Under the pieces are notes generated by a model. The model saw only the letters and a list, made by a program, of their open reading frames with translations, was not told the origin of the DNA and searched no databases. A program made the position numbers and the translations under genes. From Desulfurellaceae bacterium (lineage in GTDB: Bacteria > Campylobacterota_A > Desulfurellia > JAGGSF01), in assembly GCA_023128455.1 (NCBI GenBank), contig JAGMDW010000040.1, positions 1 to 37,897 of the forward strand: 37,897 bases of DNA. Reading direction: 5' to 3'. Position 1 is the stretch's first letter. The number at the start of each line of letters is the position of its first letter. Shown piece after piece: positions 25,849-36,970 of this stretch.

Positions 25849-25854
25849 AATATA

Positions 25855-26214
25855 TTATCCTTTACCAATAGTTTTCCTTCTTCCTTTTCTTATTCGGGCA
25901 TTAGTTTTGGTCCTCTGTCCTCTGACCGGCAAACCTCTCCTATGCCTTAACCCCCTATAACAACCTATATCCATTAAGCGTTTGATGTCTGTAGATGTAT
26001 CCCTTCGCAAATCTCCTTCTACCCTATACTCTCTTATTGCTTTTCCTAATTTCGTAATTTCATCATCTTTTAACTCATCTGTATGTTTATCAAGGCTAAT
26101 ACCTGCTTTTTTTAATATTTCCATCGCCCTGAATCTACCAATACCATAAATATATGTAAGAGCTATTTCCATTCTCTTGTGTTTCGGTAGCTCTACCCCC
26201 ACAATACGTGCCAC
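25855..26214 (-). CDS. rpsM: 30S ribosomal protein S13
   Basis: [26 protein letters not shown] and [20 protein letters not shown]. Confidence 0.97.
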   Translation of the reverse strand: MARIVGVELPKHKRMEIALTYIYGIGRFRAMEILKKAGISLDKHTDELKDDEITKLGKAIREYRVEGDLRRDTSTDIKRLMDIGCYRGLRHRRGLPVRGQRTKTNARIRKGRRKTIGKG

Positions 26215-26223
26215 TCTTGCCTC

Positions 26224-26337
26224 CTAACCCTGTCTTTGCTTATGTTTGGGATTCTTACAAATAACCCTTACCACGCCTTTTCTCTTTATCACCTTACACT
26301 TACTACATATAGGCTTCACCGACGATCTTACTTTCAT
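26224..26337 (-). CDS. rpmJ: 50S ribosomal protein L36 (zinc-binding form)
   Basis: Not in the ORF track because it is shorter than 60 aa. My own translation of the minus strand gives [37 protein letters not shown], between infA and rpsM. Confidence 0.93.
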   Translation of the reverse strand: MKVRSSVKPICSKCKVIKRKGVVRVICKNPKHKQRQG

Positions 26338-26350
26338 CAACTAATTCCTC

Positions 26351-26569
26351 CTACTTAAATCTATATACAATTCTCCCTCGATCAATGCTATAAGGGGAAA
26401 TTTCTACCCTTACTCTATCCCCAGGCAAAATCTTTATAAAATGCATTCTCATCTTACCGCGTACATGAGCCAAAATAACATGACCCTGCTTTAATTTCAC
26501 ACGAAACATCGCATTGGGCAACGATTCTATAACCTCTCCTTCAACCTCTATGGCTTTTTCTTTAGTCAC
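26351..26569 (-). CDS. infA: translation initiation factor IF-1
   Basis: 72-aa S1-like OB-fold protein: [19 protein letters not shown]...[17 protein letters not shown] start with an upstream GGAGG. Confidence 0.96.
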   Translation of the reverse strand: MTKEKAIEVEGEVIESLPNAMFRVKLKQGHVILAHVRGKMRMHFIKILPGDRVRVEISPYSIDRGRIVYRFK

Positions 26570-26588
26570 TTAATTATCCTCCATGCAA

Positions 26589-27347
26589 TCAACAGGTACT
26601 TAAAATCATAGGTCCATTCTCTGTAATGGCAATTGTATGCTCAAAATGTGCAGATGGCTTACCATCCGCAGTAACCGCTGTCCAACCATCCTTCTTTATC
26701 TTAACCTTATATGTTCCCACATTCACCATTGGCTCTATCGCCATTGTCATTCCTACCACAAGAGGCAACTTAAGAGAAGAAGAAAATGAAGGTACATAAT
26801 TTAGCACCTCCGGGTCCTCATGCAAATTTCTGCCTATACCATGCCCCGTAAAATCTCTCACCACAGAAAAACCCCCTCTATGAACAGTTTCCTCTATTGA
26901 CCTCGATATATCAAGTAAAAAGTTGCCCGGCTTCGCCTGTTCTATTCCCGCATATAGAGCATCTTCTGTAACCTTCAATAGCTTTTTATTCTCATCCGAA
27001 ATTTTACCTATCGCAACGGTAATCGCCGCATCTCCATAAAAATCGTCAAAAATTAAACCAAAATCCAAACCAACAATATCCCCTTTATGCAAACTACTTT
27101 TTCTCGATGGTATGCCATGCACAATCTCCTCGTTTATAGAAGTACAGAGCGCTTTAGGAAAACCATTATACCCTTTAAATGCAGGACGAGCATTCCTCTC
27201 TTTTGCTTCTTTTTCCGCTCTCGCATTCAAATACTCTGTAGTAACACCTTCCTTTGCCTCTTCCTTCAATATACACAATACCTCCGCTACCATTCTATTT
27301 ACTATGGCCATTTTTTTTGTCTCTTCTTCTGTCTTAATTATGACCAT
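26589..27347 (-). CDS. map: type I methionine aminopeptidase
   Basis: GYNGFPKALCTSINEEIVHGIP, the metal ligands in GDIVGLDFG...YGDAA, FTGHGIG and EHTI. Confidence 0.95.
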   Translation of the reverse strand: MVIIKTEEETKKMAIVNRMVAEVLCILKEEAKEGVTTEYLNARAEKEAKERNARPAFKGYNGFPKALCTSINEEIVHGIPSRKSSLHKGDIVGLDFGLIFDDFYGDAAITVAIGKISDENKKLLKVTEDALYAGIEQAKPGNFLLDISRSIEETVHRGGFSVVRDFTGHGIGRNLHEDPEVLNYVPSFSSSLKLPLVVGMTMAIEPMVNVGTYKVKIKKDGWTAVTADGKPSAHFEHTIAITENGPMILSTC

Positions 27348-27993
27348 TTAACCCTTCCAAAATATCTTCCACTTTTTTAAATATCCGTTCTACCTTCCCC
27401 GTTCCATCTATAGTATGCAATTTATCCTGCTTTTTATAAAAGTTTATCAGCGGAGCAGTGCTGTTTTGATAAACCTCAATTCTCCTTCTTACTGTCTCCT
27501 CATTATCATCATCTCTTCTAATGAGACTCCCTCCACATTTATCGCAAATACCTTCTCTGAGAGGCGGGTTGTAACTCACATGATAGACTGTTCCACATTT
27601 TTCACATACTCTTCTTCCCGTAAGTCTTTTAACAATTTCCTCTTCCGACACATCAAACAGAAACACCGCATCTAATTGTAAATTATCCTGTGAAAACATA
27701 TTTTCAAGACTCTCTGCTTGAGACAAAGTGCGTGGAAAACCATCTAAGATAAACCCTCCTGCACAATCCTCTCTTTTGATCTTTTTCTTTATCATCTCAA
27801 TAATTAAACCATCAGAAACAAGCTCTCCCTTATCCATGAAAGCCTTCGCTGTTTTCCCCAAATCTGTTTGTTCTCTTACTTCGTTTCTCAACAGATCACC
27901 CGTAGAAATCAAGGAAACATGTAAATACTCTGATATCAATATCCCTTGTGTCCCTTTACCCACACCGGGCGACCCTAAAAGTACAACAACCAT
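27334..27993 (-). CDS. adk: adenylate kinase (Cys4 zinc lid)
   Basis: P-loop LLGSPGVGKGTQ and the lid CEKCGTVYH...CDKCGG. Confidence 0.96.
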   Translation of the reverse strand: MVVVLLGSPGVGKGTQGILISEYLHVSLISTGDLLRNEVREQTDLGKTAKAFMDKGELVSDGLIIEMIKKKIKREDCAGGFILDGFPRTLSQAESLENMFSQDNLQLDAVFLFDVSEEEIVKRLTGRRVCEKCGTVYHVSYNPPLREGICDKCGGSLIRRDDDNEETVRRRIEVYQNSTAPLINFYKKQDKLHTIDGTGKVERIFKKVEDILEGLNGHN

Positions 27994-27994
27994 A

Positions 27995-29293
27995 TCATAC
28001 CTTCTTTTTCTTTAAAAAACCAGAATAACTACGCATAAACAAGTGAGATTCTATTTGCATAATAGTATCCAACCCTACTTGGACCACAATGAGTAAAGCC
28101 GTACCACCAAAATAGAACGGTACATTAAACCTCTTCATCAAAAGCCACGGCAATATACATATAAGGGAAAGATAAATACCTCCCGCAAAAGTAAGGCGGG
28201 TAAGTATCCAATCCAAATAGTCTGCCGTAGCTTTACCTGGTCTTATCCCTGGGGCAAAGCCCCCATTTTTCTTCAAGTTATCCGCTACATCCTTTGGATT
28301 AAATACAATCGCCGTATAAAAATATGCAAAAAAGAAAAGAAGTCCTATATAAACAAAACTATAAATAAGGCTCCCCGGCGAGAAAAAATCAACTATTTTC
28401 TGAACAGCAGGGAGAGGCAAAAATGTAGTCAAAGTTGCAGGAAAAAGGATAATAGAAGAGGCAAATATGGGTGGAATAACTCCAGAGACATTAATCTTTA
28501 TAGGCAGATAGCTGGATTGCCCACCATACATTTTCCTGCCTACCATCCTACGCGGATACTGGATGGGTACCCTTCTCTGAGCAAGTTCCACATAGATCAC
28601 AAAGGCAATAACAGCCAGTACTAATATTAGTATAATTAAAACAACTAACGCCGACATTTCACCAGCACTCACCAACCTAAATGTGTTACCAAATGCCGCT
28701 GGCATACGCGCTACAATACCTGCAAATATAATCAACGAAATACCATTGCCAATCCCTCTCTCCGTAATCTGTTCTCCTATCCACATGAGAATCATGGTGC
28801 CTGCAGTAAGTATAATAGATGCAAAAACGACAAAAGAAATACCACTGTGGATAACAACTGGTGCACCACCAGGGCCGTGCATTGCCTGTAATCCAATACT
28901 TATGCCCGTAGCCTGAACAAAGGATATGATCACCGTGCCATATCTGGTATAAGTAGATATCTTTCTCCTTCCTTCTTCTCCGCTTTTTTTTAATCTGGCA
29001 AGTTCAGGATTTACAGCAGTTAAAAGCTCCAATATGATTGCTGCACTAATGTAAGGCATTATACCCAGCGAAAATATACTGAACTTACTCAGCGCATCTC
29101 CGGAAAACATATTGAATAAACCAAGAACTGTGCCGCTGGCTTGTGCAAAGATCTGCGCCAGCACATGCGCATCCACCCCTGGAGTGGGAATATGAGCACC
29201 GAGTCTGAACACCGCGAGCATAATCAAAGTGAAAAATAAACGGCTGGTCAGTTCGGGAACATTGAAGATATTCTCATAAGATGACGGATTCAT
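27995..29293 (-). CDS. secY: preprotein translocase subunit SecY
   Basis: 432-aa, 10-TM protein with LGIMPYISA and the typical position between rplO and adk. Confidence 0.96.
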   Translation of the reverse strand: MNPSSYENIFNVPELTSRLFFTLIMLAVFRLGAHIPTPGVDAHVLAQIFAQASGTVLGLFNMFSGDALSKFSIFSLGIMPYISAAIILELLTAVNPELARLKKSGEEGRRKISTYTRYGTVIISFVQATGISIGLQAMHGPGGAPVVIHSGISFVVFASIILTAGTMILMWIGEQITERGIGNGISLIIFAGIVARMPAAFGNTFRLVSAGEMSALVVLIILILVLAVIAFVIYVELAQRRVPIQYPRRMVGRKMYGGQSSYLPIKINVSGVIPPIFASSIILFPATLTTFLPLPAVQKIVDFFSPGSLIYSFVYIGLLFFFAYFYTAIVFNPKDVADNLKKNGGFAPGIRPGKATADYLDWILTRLTFAGGIYLSLICILPWLLMKRFNVPFYFGGTALLIVVQVGLDTIMQIESHLFMRSYSGFLKKKKV

Positions 29294-29724
29294 CCTATTT
29301 CCTCTGCTATTCCCCCTGCTTTCGCTATTTTTTCCCTTGCTGTCTTAGAAAACTTATCTACTCTCACTGTAAGGCACTTCGTTACCTCACCTTTTCCTAA
29401 TATTTTCACAGGCAATTTTCGCCTGATAATCTTCTTTTCTCTTAAACTCTGTATACAAACCTCTTCCCCTTCAGAAAAATTCTTATCCAATATCCCCACA
29501 TTTACAACAACAACTTCTTTTCTAAATATATTTCTAAACCCTCTTTTGGGCACTCTTCTTACTAAAGGTGTCTGCCCTCCTTCAAAATACGGACCTTTTG
29601 CTCCTCCACTCCTCGCTTTTTGTCCCTTCGTTCCTCTACCCGATGTTTTACCCCATCCGCTCGCTCTGCCCTTTCCTAATCTTTTGCTGTTTTTAACAGT
29701 TTTCACCAACTCACTTAATTTCAT
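29290..29724 (-). CDS. rplO: 50S ribosomal protein L15
   Basis: Gly/Lys-rich N-terminus GKGRASGWGKTSGRGTKGQKARSG and FEGGQTPL. Confidence 0.96.
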   Translation of the reverse strand: MKLSELVKTVKNSKRLGKGRASGWGKTSGRGTKGQKARSGGAKGPYFEGGQTPLVRRVPKRGFRNIFRKEVVVVNVGILDKNFSEGEEVCIQSLREKKIIRRKLPVKILGKGEVTKCLTVRVDKFSKTAREKIAKAGGIAEEIG

Positions 29725-29902
29725 CCATTTCCTCCACAGAAAGCATAAAATCCACCTTCTTAATCATACCTCTTATGGCTGGTGTATCTTCTTTAACCAC
29801 AAAATGATGGGGCTTTTTCAAACCCAAAGACAAAACTGTCTCTCTTGTTTTTTCTCTCTGCCCAATAAAACCTTTTTTAAGCGTTATTTTAAGTTTACTC
29901 AT
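29711..29902 (-). CDS. rpmD: 50S ribosomal protein L30
   Basis: [29 protein letters not shown] prefer the ATG at 29902, which overlaps the rpsE stop by 8 nt, over the ORF-track start at 29914. Confidence 0.93.
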   Translation of the reverse strand: MSKLKITLKKGFIGQREKTRETVLSLGLKKPHHFVVKEDTPAIRGMIKKVDFMLSVEEMDEIK

Positions 29903-30377
29903 GCTTTTCCCCATAACGATTCCTGAATATTTCCTCAGGAGAACGCAGAACTCTCAATGCTTCTATCGTAGCATGCGCTAAATTATGTGGATTATTCGAA
30001 CCCAAAGATTTGGTGATAACATCTTTAATCCCGCAAGCTTCCACCACTGCTCTTACTGCCTTGCCAGCAATAATCCCATGTCCTTCAGGGGCGGGTTTCA
30101 ATAAAACCTTGCCTGAACCATTTCTAACTATAACTTGATAAGGAATAGTGGCCTTTTCCGTTAAGGGAACAGTTATCATATCTCTCTTTGCCCTTTCTAC
30201 TGCTTTTCTTATAGCTTCAGGAACTTCTTTCGCCTTACCCATGCCTATACCCACTTTCCCTTTTTTGTTTCCTACCGCAACTAAAGCGTTAAACCTAAAT
30301 CTCCTTCCTCCCTTAACTACTTTTATTACCCGTCCTACCTTTATTAAATATTCCTCAAATTCTTTCTCTTCCCACAT
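29895..30377 (-). CDS. rpsE: 30S ribosomal protein S5
   Basis: [24 protein letters not shown] and GHGIIAG. AGGAG upstream. Confidence 0.97.
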   Translation of the reverse strand: MWEEKEFEEYLIKVGRVIKVVKGGRRFRFNALVAVGNKKGKVGIGMGKAKEVPEAIRKAVERAKRDMITVPLTEKATIPYQVIVRNGSGKVLLKPAPEGHGIIAGKAVRAVVEACGIKDVITKSLGSNNPHNLAHATIEALRVLRSPEEIFRNRYGEKHE

Positions 30378-30386
30378 CTTTTGCTC

Positions 30387-30746
30387 CTAAAAGTTTAAGC
30401 CTTCCTTTCTCGCCGCATCAGCCAAAGCCTTAATCCGTCCCCGGTAAATATAACCATTTCTATCAAAAACAACGGTATCAATACCATTTTCTAAAGCTCT
30501 TTTAGCAATCATCATTCCCACACCTTTAGCAGCTCCTACATTATTTGCCTTAACTTTACAGTCTTTATCTATAGTAGATGCACAAACAAGTGTACGACCA
30601 TCGCTATCATCAATAAGCTGAGCATAGATATACTTCAAGCTTTTATATACACACAACCTCGGTCTTTCTACCGTCCCTTTCACCTTCTCTTTTATTCTCA
30701 ATTTTCTCTTGTTGCGCATTTTATTTCTATCATTAACTTTCAGCAT
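30387..30746 (-). CDS. rplR: 50S ribosomal protein L18
   Basis: [23 protein letters not shown] and [26 protein letters not shown]. Confidence 0.96.
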   Translation of the reverse strand: MLKVNDRNKMRNKRKLRIKEKVKGTVERPRLCVYKSLKYIYAQLIDDSDGRTLVCASTIDKDCKVKANNVGAAKGVGMMIAKRALENGIDTVVFDRNGYIYRGRIKALADAARKEGLNF

Positions 30747-31296
30747 ACGCTTGCTTACCTCCTGCCTTGCCTGCTTTTTTCCTCACTACTTCATCCTTAT
30801 ATCTTATTCCTTTGCCTTTATAAGGCTCGGGTGGTTTAAGTCCACGAATCTCGCTGGCAACTTGGCCCACAACTTGCTTGTCTATGCCATCTACATAGAT
30901 TATATTACCCTGCTTATTAACCTTTATAGCAACACCTTGAGGAATATGATACACAATCTCATGAGAAAAACCTAAATGTAAAACAAGATCATTCCCTCTT
31001 ACTTCTGCTTTGTACCCTATACCTACAATAGTCAGCACCTTCTCGTACCCGTTATGCACGCCTTCTACCATATTAGCGATAATACTTCTTGTTAAACCAT
31101 GAAGAGCTTTTGCTTTTTTATCTTCGCTCAGCTTTTCTACATATAACGAGTTCTCTTCTTTTCTTATTTTTACATACTGCGCCGGATAATCCCACCGAAG
31201 AGAACCTTTTTCCCCTTTTACCGACACATTTTCTCCTTTAATATCCACTTCTACCTTATCAGGTATTGGGATAGGCTTTCTACCAATAAGAGACAT
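30733..31296 (-). CDS. rplF: 50S ribosomal protein L6
   Basis: [15 protein letters not shown]... and [14 protein letters not shown]. The ATG at 31296 lies 1 nt after the rpsH stop. Confidence 0.96.
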   Translation of the reverse strand: MSLIGRKPIPIPDKVEVDIKGENVSVKGEKGSLRWDYPAQYVKIRKEENSLYVEKLSEDKKAKALHGLTRSIIANMVEGVHNGYEKVLTIVGIGYKAEVRGNDLVLHLGFSHEIVYHIPQGVAIKVNKQGNIIYVDGIDKQVVGQVASEIRGLKPPEPYKGKGIRYKDEVVRKKAGKAGGKQAYAES

Positions 31297-31297
31297 A

Positions 31298-31684
31298 CTA
31301 AAACACCTCACAAATCAACTCTCCGCCTACCTGCAGTTTCTTAGCTGTTTTATTTGAAATAATACCCTTACTTGTACTTAATATTGATACACCAAGACCA
31401 TTCATAACATAGGGAATTTCACTATATCGAACATATACTCTTCTCGATGATTTGCTTATTCTCCTAAGTAAACTGATTGTCGGTTTATCCTTGCCTATAT
31501 ACTTCAAATAGATTCTTGCCATGTTTCTCTTATCTTCCAACACCTTAAAATCGCTTATAAATCCCTCTTTTTTTAATACCTCACAGACACTCAATACAAC
31601 TCTATTCGATAAAAGATCCACACTTTCCATTTGTCGCGCCAATGCATTCTTTATCCGTGCCAAACCATCACTAATTCTATCCAT
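31298..31684 (-). CDS. rpsH: 30S ribosomal protein S8
   Basis: DGLARIKNA and the C-terminal VGGELICEVF. Confidence 0.96.
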   Translation of the reverse strand: MDRISDGLARIKNALARQMESVDLLSNRVVLSVCEVLKKEGFISDFKVLEDKRNMARIYLKYIGKDKPTISLLRRISKSSRRVYVRYSEIPYVMNGLGVSILSTSKGIISNKTAKKLQVGGELICEVF

Positions 31685-31700
31685 ATTTATCCTCTTTAAA

Positions 31701-31886
31701 TTACCAGCTCGCTTTCCTTACTCCTGGTATCTCCCCTTTTGAAGCAAGATTTCTAAAACATATTCTACATATACCAAACTTTCTCAGATACCCTCTAGCC
31801 CTTCCGCATATACCACATTTATTTCGATATCTTACCTTAAACTTCTGTGCCTTCTTCATCTTCTCTATAGATGCTTTCCGCGCCAT
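31701..31886 (-). CDS. rpsN: 30S ribosomal protein S14, type Z (zinc-binding, 61 aa)
   Basis: [22 protein letters not shown] (CxxC...CxxC) and the terminal KASW. Confidence 0.96.
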   Translation of the reverse strand: MARKASIEKMKKAQKFKVRYRNKCGICGRARGYLRKFGICRICFRNLASKGEIPGVRKASW

Positions 31887-31897
31887 ATCACCTCTCC

Positions 31898-32455
31898 TTA
31901 TTCCTTTTTAAATGGCATACTAAAAGACTCTAATAAAACGCGGCATTCCTCATCTGTCTTTGCCGTCGTCACAATACTGATACCCATGCCATGCACCTTC
32001 TGTACCTTGTCATAATCTATTTCTGGAAAAACTAACTGCTCTGTCAAACCCAAAGAATAATTCCCTCTGCCATCAAAGCTCTTTGTCGAAACTCCCCTAA
32101 AATCTCTCACTCTTGGCAAGGTAAAATTGATCAACCTATCAAGAAAGTCATACATTCTCTCTCTTCTCAATGTCACCCTGCAGCCAATGGGCATACCTTT
32201 CCTCAGCTTAAAAGCAGCTATAGATTTTCTGGCGCGAGTAATCACACCTCTCTGACCTGTAATAGCCGCTAACTCATCCAAAGCACTATCTAAGAGTTTT
32301 ATATCTTGCACGCCTTCTCCCATGCCTACATTAACTACAATCTTTACTAAGCGAGGCGACTGCATCACATTTTTATAAGAAAACTCTCTCGTCATCACAG
32401 GAACTATCTTTTCAGTATAAACACTAAAAAGCCGCGGCATGTATCTCTCTGCCAT
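31898..32455 (-). CDS. rplE: 50S ribosomal protein L5
   Basis: [14 protein letters not shown] and [18 protein letters not shown]. The ATG at 32455 overlaps the rplX TAA by 1 nt; the ORF-track start at 32551 lies inside rplX. Confidence 0.95.
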   Translation of the reverse strand: MAERYMPRLFSVYTEKIVPVMTREFSYKNVMQSPRLVKIVVNVGMGEGVQDIKLLDSALDELAAITGQRGVITRARKSIAAFKLRKGMPIGCRVTLRRERMYDFLDRLINFTLPRVRDFRGVSTKSFDGRGNYSLGLTEQLVFPEIDYDKVQKVHGMGISIVTTAKTDEECRVLLESFSMPFKKE

Positions 32456-32766
32456 TAGATTGTCTCCCCACATTTTCTGCAATACCTTACCTTCTTGCCA
32501 TCCTCCAAAAACTTGTAACCAATGCGTATTCTCTTCGAACAATGAGAACAAACAAGCATAACATTAGAAATGTCTATAGGCGCTTCTTTTTCTATAATGC
32601 CGCCTTTAGAGGTAGCCGAAGGTTTAGTGTGTTTCTTGACAATTTTAATGCCCTCTACAATCACTGTACTCTTCTTAGAAACAAAACTGAGAATCTTTCC
32701 CCTTTTCCCTTTATCCTTGCCCCTAATTATTTCCACCTCATCAGTTTTTCTTAATTTAGTTTTCAT
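32455..32766 (-). CDS. rplX: 50S ribosomal protein L24 (form with C-terminal CxxC...CxxC)
   Basis: [17 protein letters not shown] (KOW motif), with CSHC...CRKC at the C-terminus. ATG at 32766. Confidence 0.95.
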   Translation of the reverse strand: MKTKLRKTDEVEIIRGKDKGKRGKILSFVSKKSTVIVEGIKIVKKHTKPSATSKGGIIEKEAPIDISNVMLVCSHCSKRIRIGYKFLEDGKKVRYCRKCGETI

Positions 32767-32767
32767 C

Positions 32768-33136
32768 CTAAAGCACCTCTGGAGCAAGCGATATAATCTT
32801 CATAAAATTCCTTGCTCTTAATTCCCTAACTACCGGCCCAAAAATACGGCTGCCTATGGGCTCACCTTGATCATCTATGATCACCGCTGCATTATCATCA
32901 AACTTTATATAACTCCCATCCACTCTTCTAAATTCTTTTTTGGTTCTTACCACTACCGCTTTAACCACATTTCCTTTTTTTACTTTACCCTCAGGAATTG
33001 CTTTCTTCACTGCAGCCACAATAATATCTCCTGCACGAGCATACCTCCGCCTCGTTCCACCAAGCACCTTTATACACATAATTTCTTTAGCGCCAGAGTT
33101 ATCTACCACCTTTAATTTTGTCTGCATTTGAATCAT
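32768..33136 (-). CDS. rplN: 50S ribosomal protein L14
   Basis: [17 protein letters not shown] is the canonical L14 N-terminus; the ORF-track start at 33166 is an upstream extension. Confidence 0.96.
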   Translation of the reverse strand: MIQMQTKLKVVDNSGAKEIMCIKVLGGTRRRYARAGDIIVAAVKKAIPEGKVKKGNVVKAVVVRTKKEFRRVDGSYIKFDDNAAVIIDDQGEPIGSRIFGPVVRELRARNFMKIISLAPEVL

Positions 33137-33392
33137 TTTTAAGCTCCTTGTGTCCCTTCTTAGCAATTTGCACTATTCTAAATCTCTTGTCCTTAGATAA
33201 GGGCCGACATTCCTCAATACTTATTACATCACCTTCGCCAGACTTGTTATATTCATCATGAACTTTATATTTTTTCTTTCTTTTTACATACTTTCCAATC
33301 TTACTTAGTTTCATCAGCCTTTCTATTAAAACCACCCTTGTTTTATCCATCTTATCGCTTATCACCACACCCTTAAGCACCTTCTTCGCCAT
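33099..33392 (-). CDS. rpsQ: 30S ribosomal protein S17
   Basis: [16 protein letters not shown] and VHDEYN...[14 protein letters not shown]. Its C-terminal tail overlaps the rplN start by 38 nt. Confidence 0.94.
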   Translation of the reverse strand: MAKKVLKGVVISDKMDKTRVVLIERLMKLSKIGKYVKRKKKYKVHDEYNKSGEGDVISIEECRPLSKDKRFRIVQIAKKGHKELKNDSNADKIKGGR

Positions 33393-33583
33393 TAATTACT
33401 CCCTTTCTCTCTTAAAACGGTAAGTATTCGTGCAATTCCTCTCCTTATATTACGAAACCTCTTGGGGTTTTCCAACTGTTCTACATTCTTTCGCAAGCGT
33501 AAATTAAAAAGCTCTTGTTTTAAATCCTGCAATTTCTTATTTAATCCTTCAGTATCCATTTCTCTAATTTCTCTACTCTTCAT
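33392..33583 (-). CDS. rpmC: 50S ribosomal protein L29
   Basis: 63 aa: [15 protein letters not shown]...[12 protein letters not shown]. Confidence 0.95.
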   Translation of the reverse strand: MKSREIREMDTEGLNKKLQDLKQELFNLRLRKNVEQLENPKRFRNIRRGIARILTVLREKGSN

Positions 33584-33999
33584 ATACTCTGTTCCTTAAC
33601 AATTCTTGTAGGTATGCCAAGTTTATAAGAAGCTAACTTTAATGCTCTTATGGCTTTTTCTTCCGATACATTCCCTACCTCATACAATATACGGCCAGGT
33701 TTCACTGGAGCAACCCATACCTCAGGAGAACCTTTGCCTTTTCCCATCCTTGTCTCGGCAGGTTTTTTCGTAAGAGGAAAATAGGGGAAAATACGAATCC
33801 ATACTTTTCCCTCCCTTTTTAAATATCTTGTTATAGCAACACGAGCAGACTCTATCTGTCTATTTGTTATCTCCCCTCTGCCCATTGCCTTCAATCCAAA
33901 TTCACCAAATGTCACATTACATCCACGATTAGAAACACCTGTCAAACTCCCCCTTTTACGCTGGTATTTTCTATACTTTGTTCTACGAGGCATTAACAT
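33580..33999 (-). CDS. rplP: 50S ribosomal protein L16
   Basis: [17 protein letters not shown] and [24 protein letters not shown]. Confidence 0.97.
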   Translation of the reverse strand: MLMPRRTKYRKYQRKRGSLTGVSNRGCNVTFGEFGLKAMGRGEITNRQIESARVAITRYLKREGKVWIRIFPYFPLTKKPAETRMGKGKGSPEVWVAPVKPGRILYEVGNVSEEKAIRALKLASYKLGIPTRIVKEQSI

Positions 34000-34014
34000 C
34001 TTTCTCTCCTACTC

Positions 34015-34632
34015 TCAGTCCTCTTTGAATATCCATGCTTTAACACCAATAACTCCTGCTGTAGTGAGGGCCTCGGCAAAACCATAATCAATGTTTGCTT
34101 TAAATGTCTGCAATGAAACTCTCCCTTCCTGTCGCCACTCACAGCGAGCCATCTCTGCACCACCTAATTTTCCTGAACATTTAATCTTTATTCCACGCGC
34201 ACCAGCCTTCGCCGCTAAACGCATCACCTTCTTTAATACTCTTCTATACGGCATTCTCTTTTCTATCTGTAAAGCAACATTTTCCGCAACAAGTTGAGCA
34301 TCAGCCTCCGGTTTATCTACTTCCCTTACATTTATAGTAACATTACATGATGTTAAACTGCTGACCAATTTTTTAAGCTTTTCTATCTCACTACCCTTCT
34401 TCCCAATCATAATGCCCGGCCGAGCAGCATATAGGCTTAATGTCATTTTGTTTCCTTTACGTTCTATCTCCATTTTAGATAGTCCAGCGTAGTACGATCT
34501 TCTCTTTACTGCTTTCCTGATATTATAATCCTCAAGCAAATTTTCCTTCAACCCTTTCGCTACAAACCAACGGGAGGTCCAATTCTTATTGATTCCTATC
34601 CTCAAACCTATTGGGTTTACCTTTTGTCCCAA
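34015..34632 (-). CDS. rpsC: 30S ribosomal protein S3
   Basis: MGQKVNPIGLRIGINKNW and a KH domain. TTG start with GGAGG 7 nt upstream. Confidence 0.96.
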   Translation of the reverse strand: MGQKVNPIGLRIGINKNWTSRWFVAKGLKENLLEDYNIRKAVKRRSYYAGLSKMEIERKGNKMTLSLYAARPGIMIGKKGSEIEKLKKLVSSLTSCNVTINVREVDKPEADAQLVAENVALQIEKRMPYRRVLKKVMRLAAKAGARGIKIKCSGKLGGAEMARCEWRQEGRVSLQTFKANIDYGFAEALTTAGVIGVKAWIFKED

Positions 34633-34641
34633 AATATCCTC

Positions 34642-34971
34642 CTATCTCTCGCTCAGCTTGATCTCTAAATTACTTGCTCTCTTCACAATCTTTCCTGCTC
34701 TCCCTCTTGCTCTCGGTCTAAACCTCTTCATCTTTAAACCGTCATCCGCAACAACCTTGGAAATATAAAGTTTGTCAACATCTATTCCTACATTCTCAGC
34801 GTTGGACAATGCACTCTGTAAGAGTTTCCTTAAAATGAAAGAGGCTTTGCGAGGACAGAACTTCAACATAATTAAGGCTCTCTCCACACTCTGGCCTTTT
34901 ATAAACGAAATCACTTCTCTAACTTTTCGCGGCGATATTCTTGCTCCTTTTAAATAAGCCCTTACTTCCAT
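34642..34971 (-). CDS. rplV: 50S ribosomal protein L22
   Basis: ARISPRKVREVISFIKG and RFRPRARGRAGKIVKR. Confidence 0.96.
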   Translation of the reverse strand: MEVRAYLKGARISPRKVREVISFIKGQSVERALIMLKFCPRKASFILRKLLQSALSNAENVGIDVDKLYISKVVADDGLKMKRFRPRARGRAGKIVKRASNLEIKLSER

Positions 34972-34973
34972 AA

Positions 34974-35258
34974 TTATGCCTCACCTACGCGCTTGCCAAC
35001 TGTACCTTTATGTCCTTTAAACACTCGTGTAGGAGCAAACTCTCCCAATCTATGGCCAACCATATTTTCTGTAACATATACAGGTATAAATTTTCTCCCA
35101 TTATGTACAGCAAATGTAAATCCCACAAATTCAGGCAAAATCTCACTTCTTCTAGACCATGTTTTTATTATCCCTTTCTTTTTACCGTCTCTTATCTTAA
35201 GCACTTTTTTATACAATTTCTGATCTATATAAGGACCTTTTTTAGACGATCTACCCAT
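34974..35258 (-). CDS. rpsS: 30S ribosomal protein S19
   Basis: [11 protein letters not shown] and [30 protein letters not shown]. Confidence 0.97.
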   Translation of the reverse strand: MGRSSKKGPYIDQKLYKKVLKIRDGKKKGIIKTWSRRSEILPEFVGFTFAVHNGRKFIPVYVTENMVGHRLGEFAPTRVFKGHKGTVGKRVGEA

Positions 35259-36078
35259 TATTTCTCCTCCTTATAATAAACCTATCGGTGCGTTTGTTCT
35301 TTCTCGTACGATATCCTTTCGTGGGTACACCCCAAGGAGTAACAGGCGTCCCTCCCGTACCGCTTTTTCCTTCCCCCCCTCCGTGAGGATGATCAACAGG
35401 ATTCATTGCCACACCACGAACCTTAGGTCTCCTTCCTAAATGACGCAATCTTCCTGCCTTTCCATAAACTATGTTGCTCTGATCTGCATTCCCTACCTGC
35501 CCTATCGTCGCATAAGCATTTTCGTGTACCATTCTCATTTCACCGGAAGGTAATTTGAGAAAAACATATTTTTTCTCCTTGGCCATAACTTGAGCATAAC
35601 TTCCTGCACTCCGCGCCAATTTCGCACCACCGCCTGGATAAAGTCCAATATTGTGCACCACAGTTCCTGCTGGAATTTTTCTCAGTGGAAGTGCATTGCC
35701 CACCTTAATCTCCACATTTTCTCCTGATTCTACAACATCGCCTACCTTCAAACCTAAAGGGGCAATGATATACCGCTTCTCGCCAGTTGCATATGAGACA
35801 AGCGCAATGTATGCACTTCTATTAGGATCATATTCAATAGATTTTACCTTTCCCTCAATATTATAATTATCTCGCTTAAAATCTATTATCCTATACAATC
35901 TTTTATGTCCTCCGCCTCTATGTCGTACGGTAATTCTACCCAGATTATTTCTCCCGGAATGCTTCTTAATGGAAACAAGAATGGACTTTTCCGGTTTTAC
36001 CTTTGTCAGTTCACCAAAATCACTTACGCTCATTCCGCGCCTGCCAGGAGTAGTAGGCTTGTAAACTTTAACACCCAT
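35251..36078 (-). CDS. rplB: 50S ribosomal protein L2
   Basis: [23 protein letters not shown] and [13 protein letters not shown]. Confidence 0.97.
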   Translation of the reverse strand: MGVKVYKPTTPGRRGMSVSDFGELTKVKPEKSILVSIKKHSGRNNLGRITVRHRGGGHKRLYRIIDFKRDNYNIEGKVKSIEYDPNRSAYIALVSYATGEKRYIIAPLGLKVGDVVESGENVEIKVGNALPLRKIPAGTVVHNIGLYPGGGAKLARSAGSYAQVMAKEKKYVFLKLPSGEMRMVHENAYATIGQVGNADQSNIVYGKAGRLRHLGRRPKVRGVAMNPVDHPHGGGEGKSGTGGTPVTPWGVPTKGYRTRKNKRTDRFIIRRRNNG

Positions 36079-36085
36079 TATATCC

Positions 36086-36361
36086 TCACAAATCCTTAAT
36101 CTGTTGTCCTTGCTTCAGTGACACAATAACCTTTCTTGTATTAGGTCGCCTACCCCGAATATTATGAAACAATCTTTTTTTACCTTTTATATTCATTATA
36201 TTAACTTTTTTTACCTGCACTTTAAATATCTTTTCTACAACCTTTCTCACATCTACCTTTGTAGCTTTCTTATGCACTATGAACACGTACTTTCCTTCTT
36301 CCCTGTCTCTTGTGGATTTTTCTGTAACTCTTCTCCCTTTTATAATATTCCATACATCCAT
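36086..36361 (-). CDS. rplW: 50S ribosomal protein L23
   Basis: 91 aa with TEKS...[23 protein letters not shown]. Canonical position between rplD and rplB. Confidence 0.95.
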   Translation of the reverse strand: MDVWNIIKGRRVTEKSTRDREEGKYVFIVHKKATKVDVRKVVEKIFKVQVKKVNIMNIKGKKRLFHNIRGRRPNTRKVIVSLKQGQQIKDL

Positions 36362-36970
36362 CTAAACTCCCTTCAACATCTCTGGTAACAGCTTTTGAGG
36401 AACAACAATCTTTTCATACCTTAAAATATCATAAACATTAACACTGTGCGCTTCCTTTAATTCTATCTTTTCTATATTTCTCATAGAAAGTATAGAATTA
36501 ACCATATCATTACTTACAACAACCAAACCTTTTTCTACACCTAAATTCTTTAAAGTCAGACAGGCTTCCTTTGTCTTCGGTGAAGAAAAATCAAACTCCT
36601 CCACCACAATTAAATCACCATCTGTAATCTTTTGTGATAAAGCCCACAAGTATACCTTTTTTCTCTCTTTCTTGTTCACCTTTTGTTTATAGGTACGAGG
36701 CTTCGGACCAAAACATACACCACCACCTACCCATAGAGGTGAACGAATAGAACCCGCCCGCGCTCTTCCTGTTCCTTTTTGTCTCCAAGGTTTTTTTCCT
36801 CCACCGGATACATCACCCCTGGTTTTAGAAGAAGCCGTTCCTCTTCTCTTGTTCGCCAAATACGCTTTTACTATCCTGCTCACACATAGAGAAGAAACAT
36901 TGCCCACATTAATATTTATATCTACCTCTCCTTTTTTATTTCCCTGTTTGTTCAACACATCTATTTTCAT
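36362..36970 (-). CDS. rplD: 50S ribosomal protein L4
   Basis: GGGKKPWRQKGTGRARAGSIRSPLWVGGG. Confidence 0.97.
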   Translation of the reverse strand: MKIDVLNKQGNKKGEVDININVGNVSSLCVSRIVKAYLANKRRGTASSKTRGDVSGGGKKPWRQKGTGRARAGSIRSPLWVGGGVCFGPKPRTYKQKVNKKERKKVYLWALSQKITDGDLIVVEEFDFSSPKTKEACLTLKNLGVEKGLVVVSNDMVNSILSMRNIEKIELKEAHSVNVYDILRYEKIVVPQKLLPEMLKGV

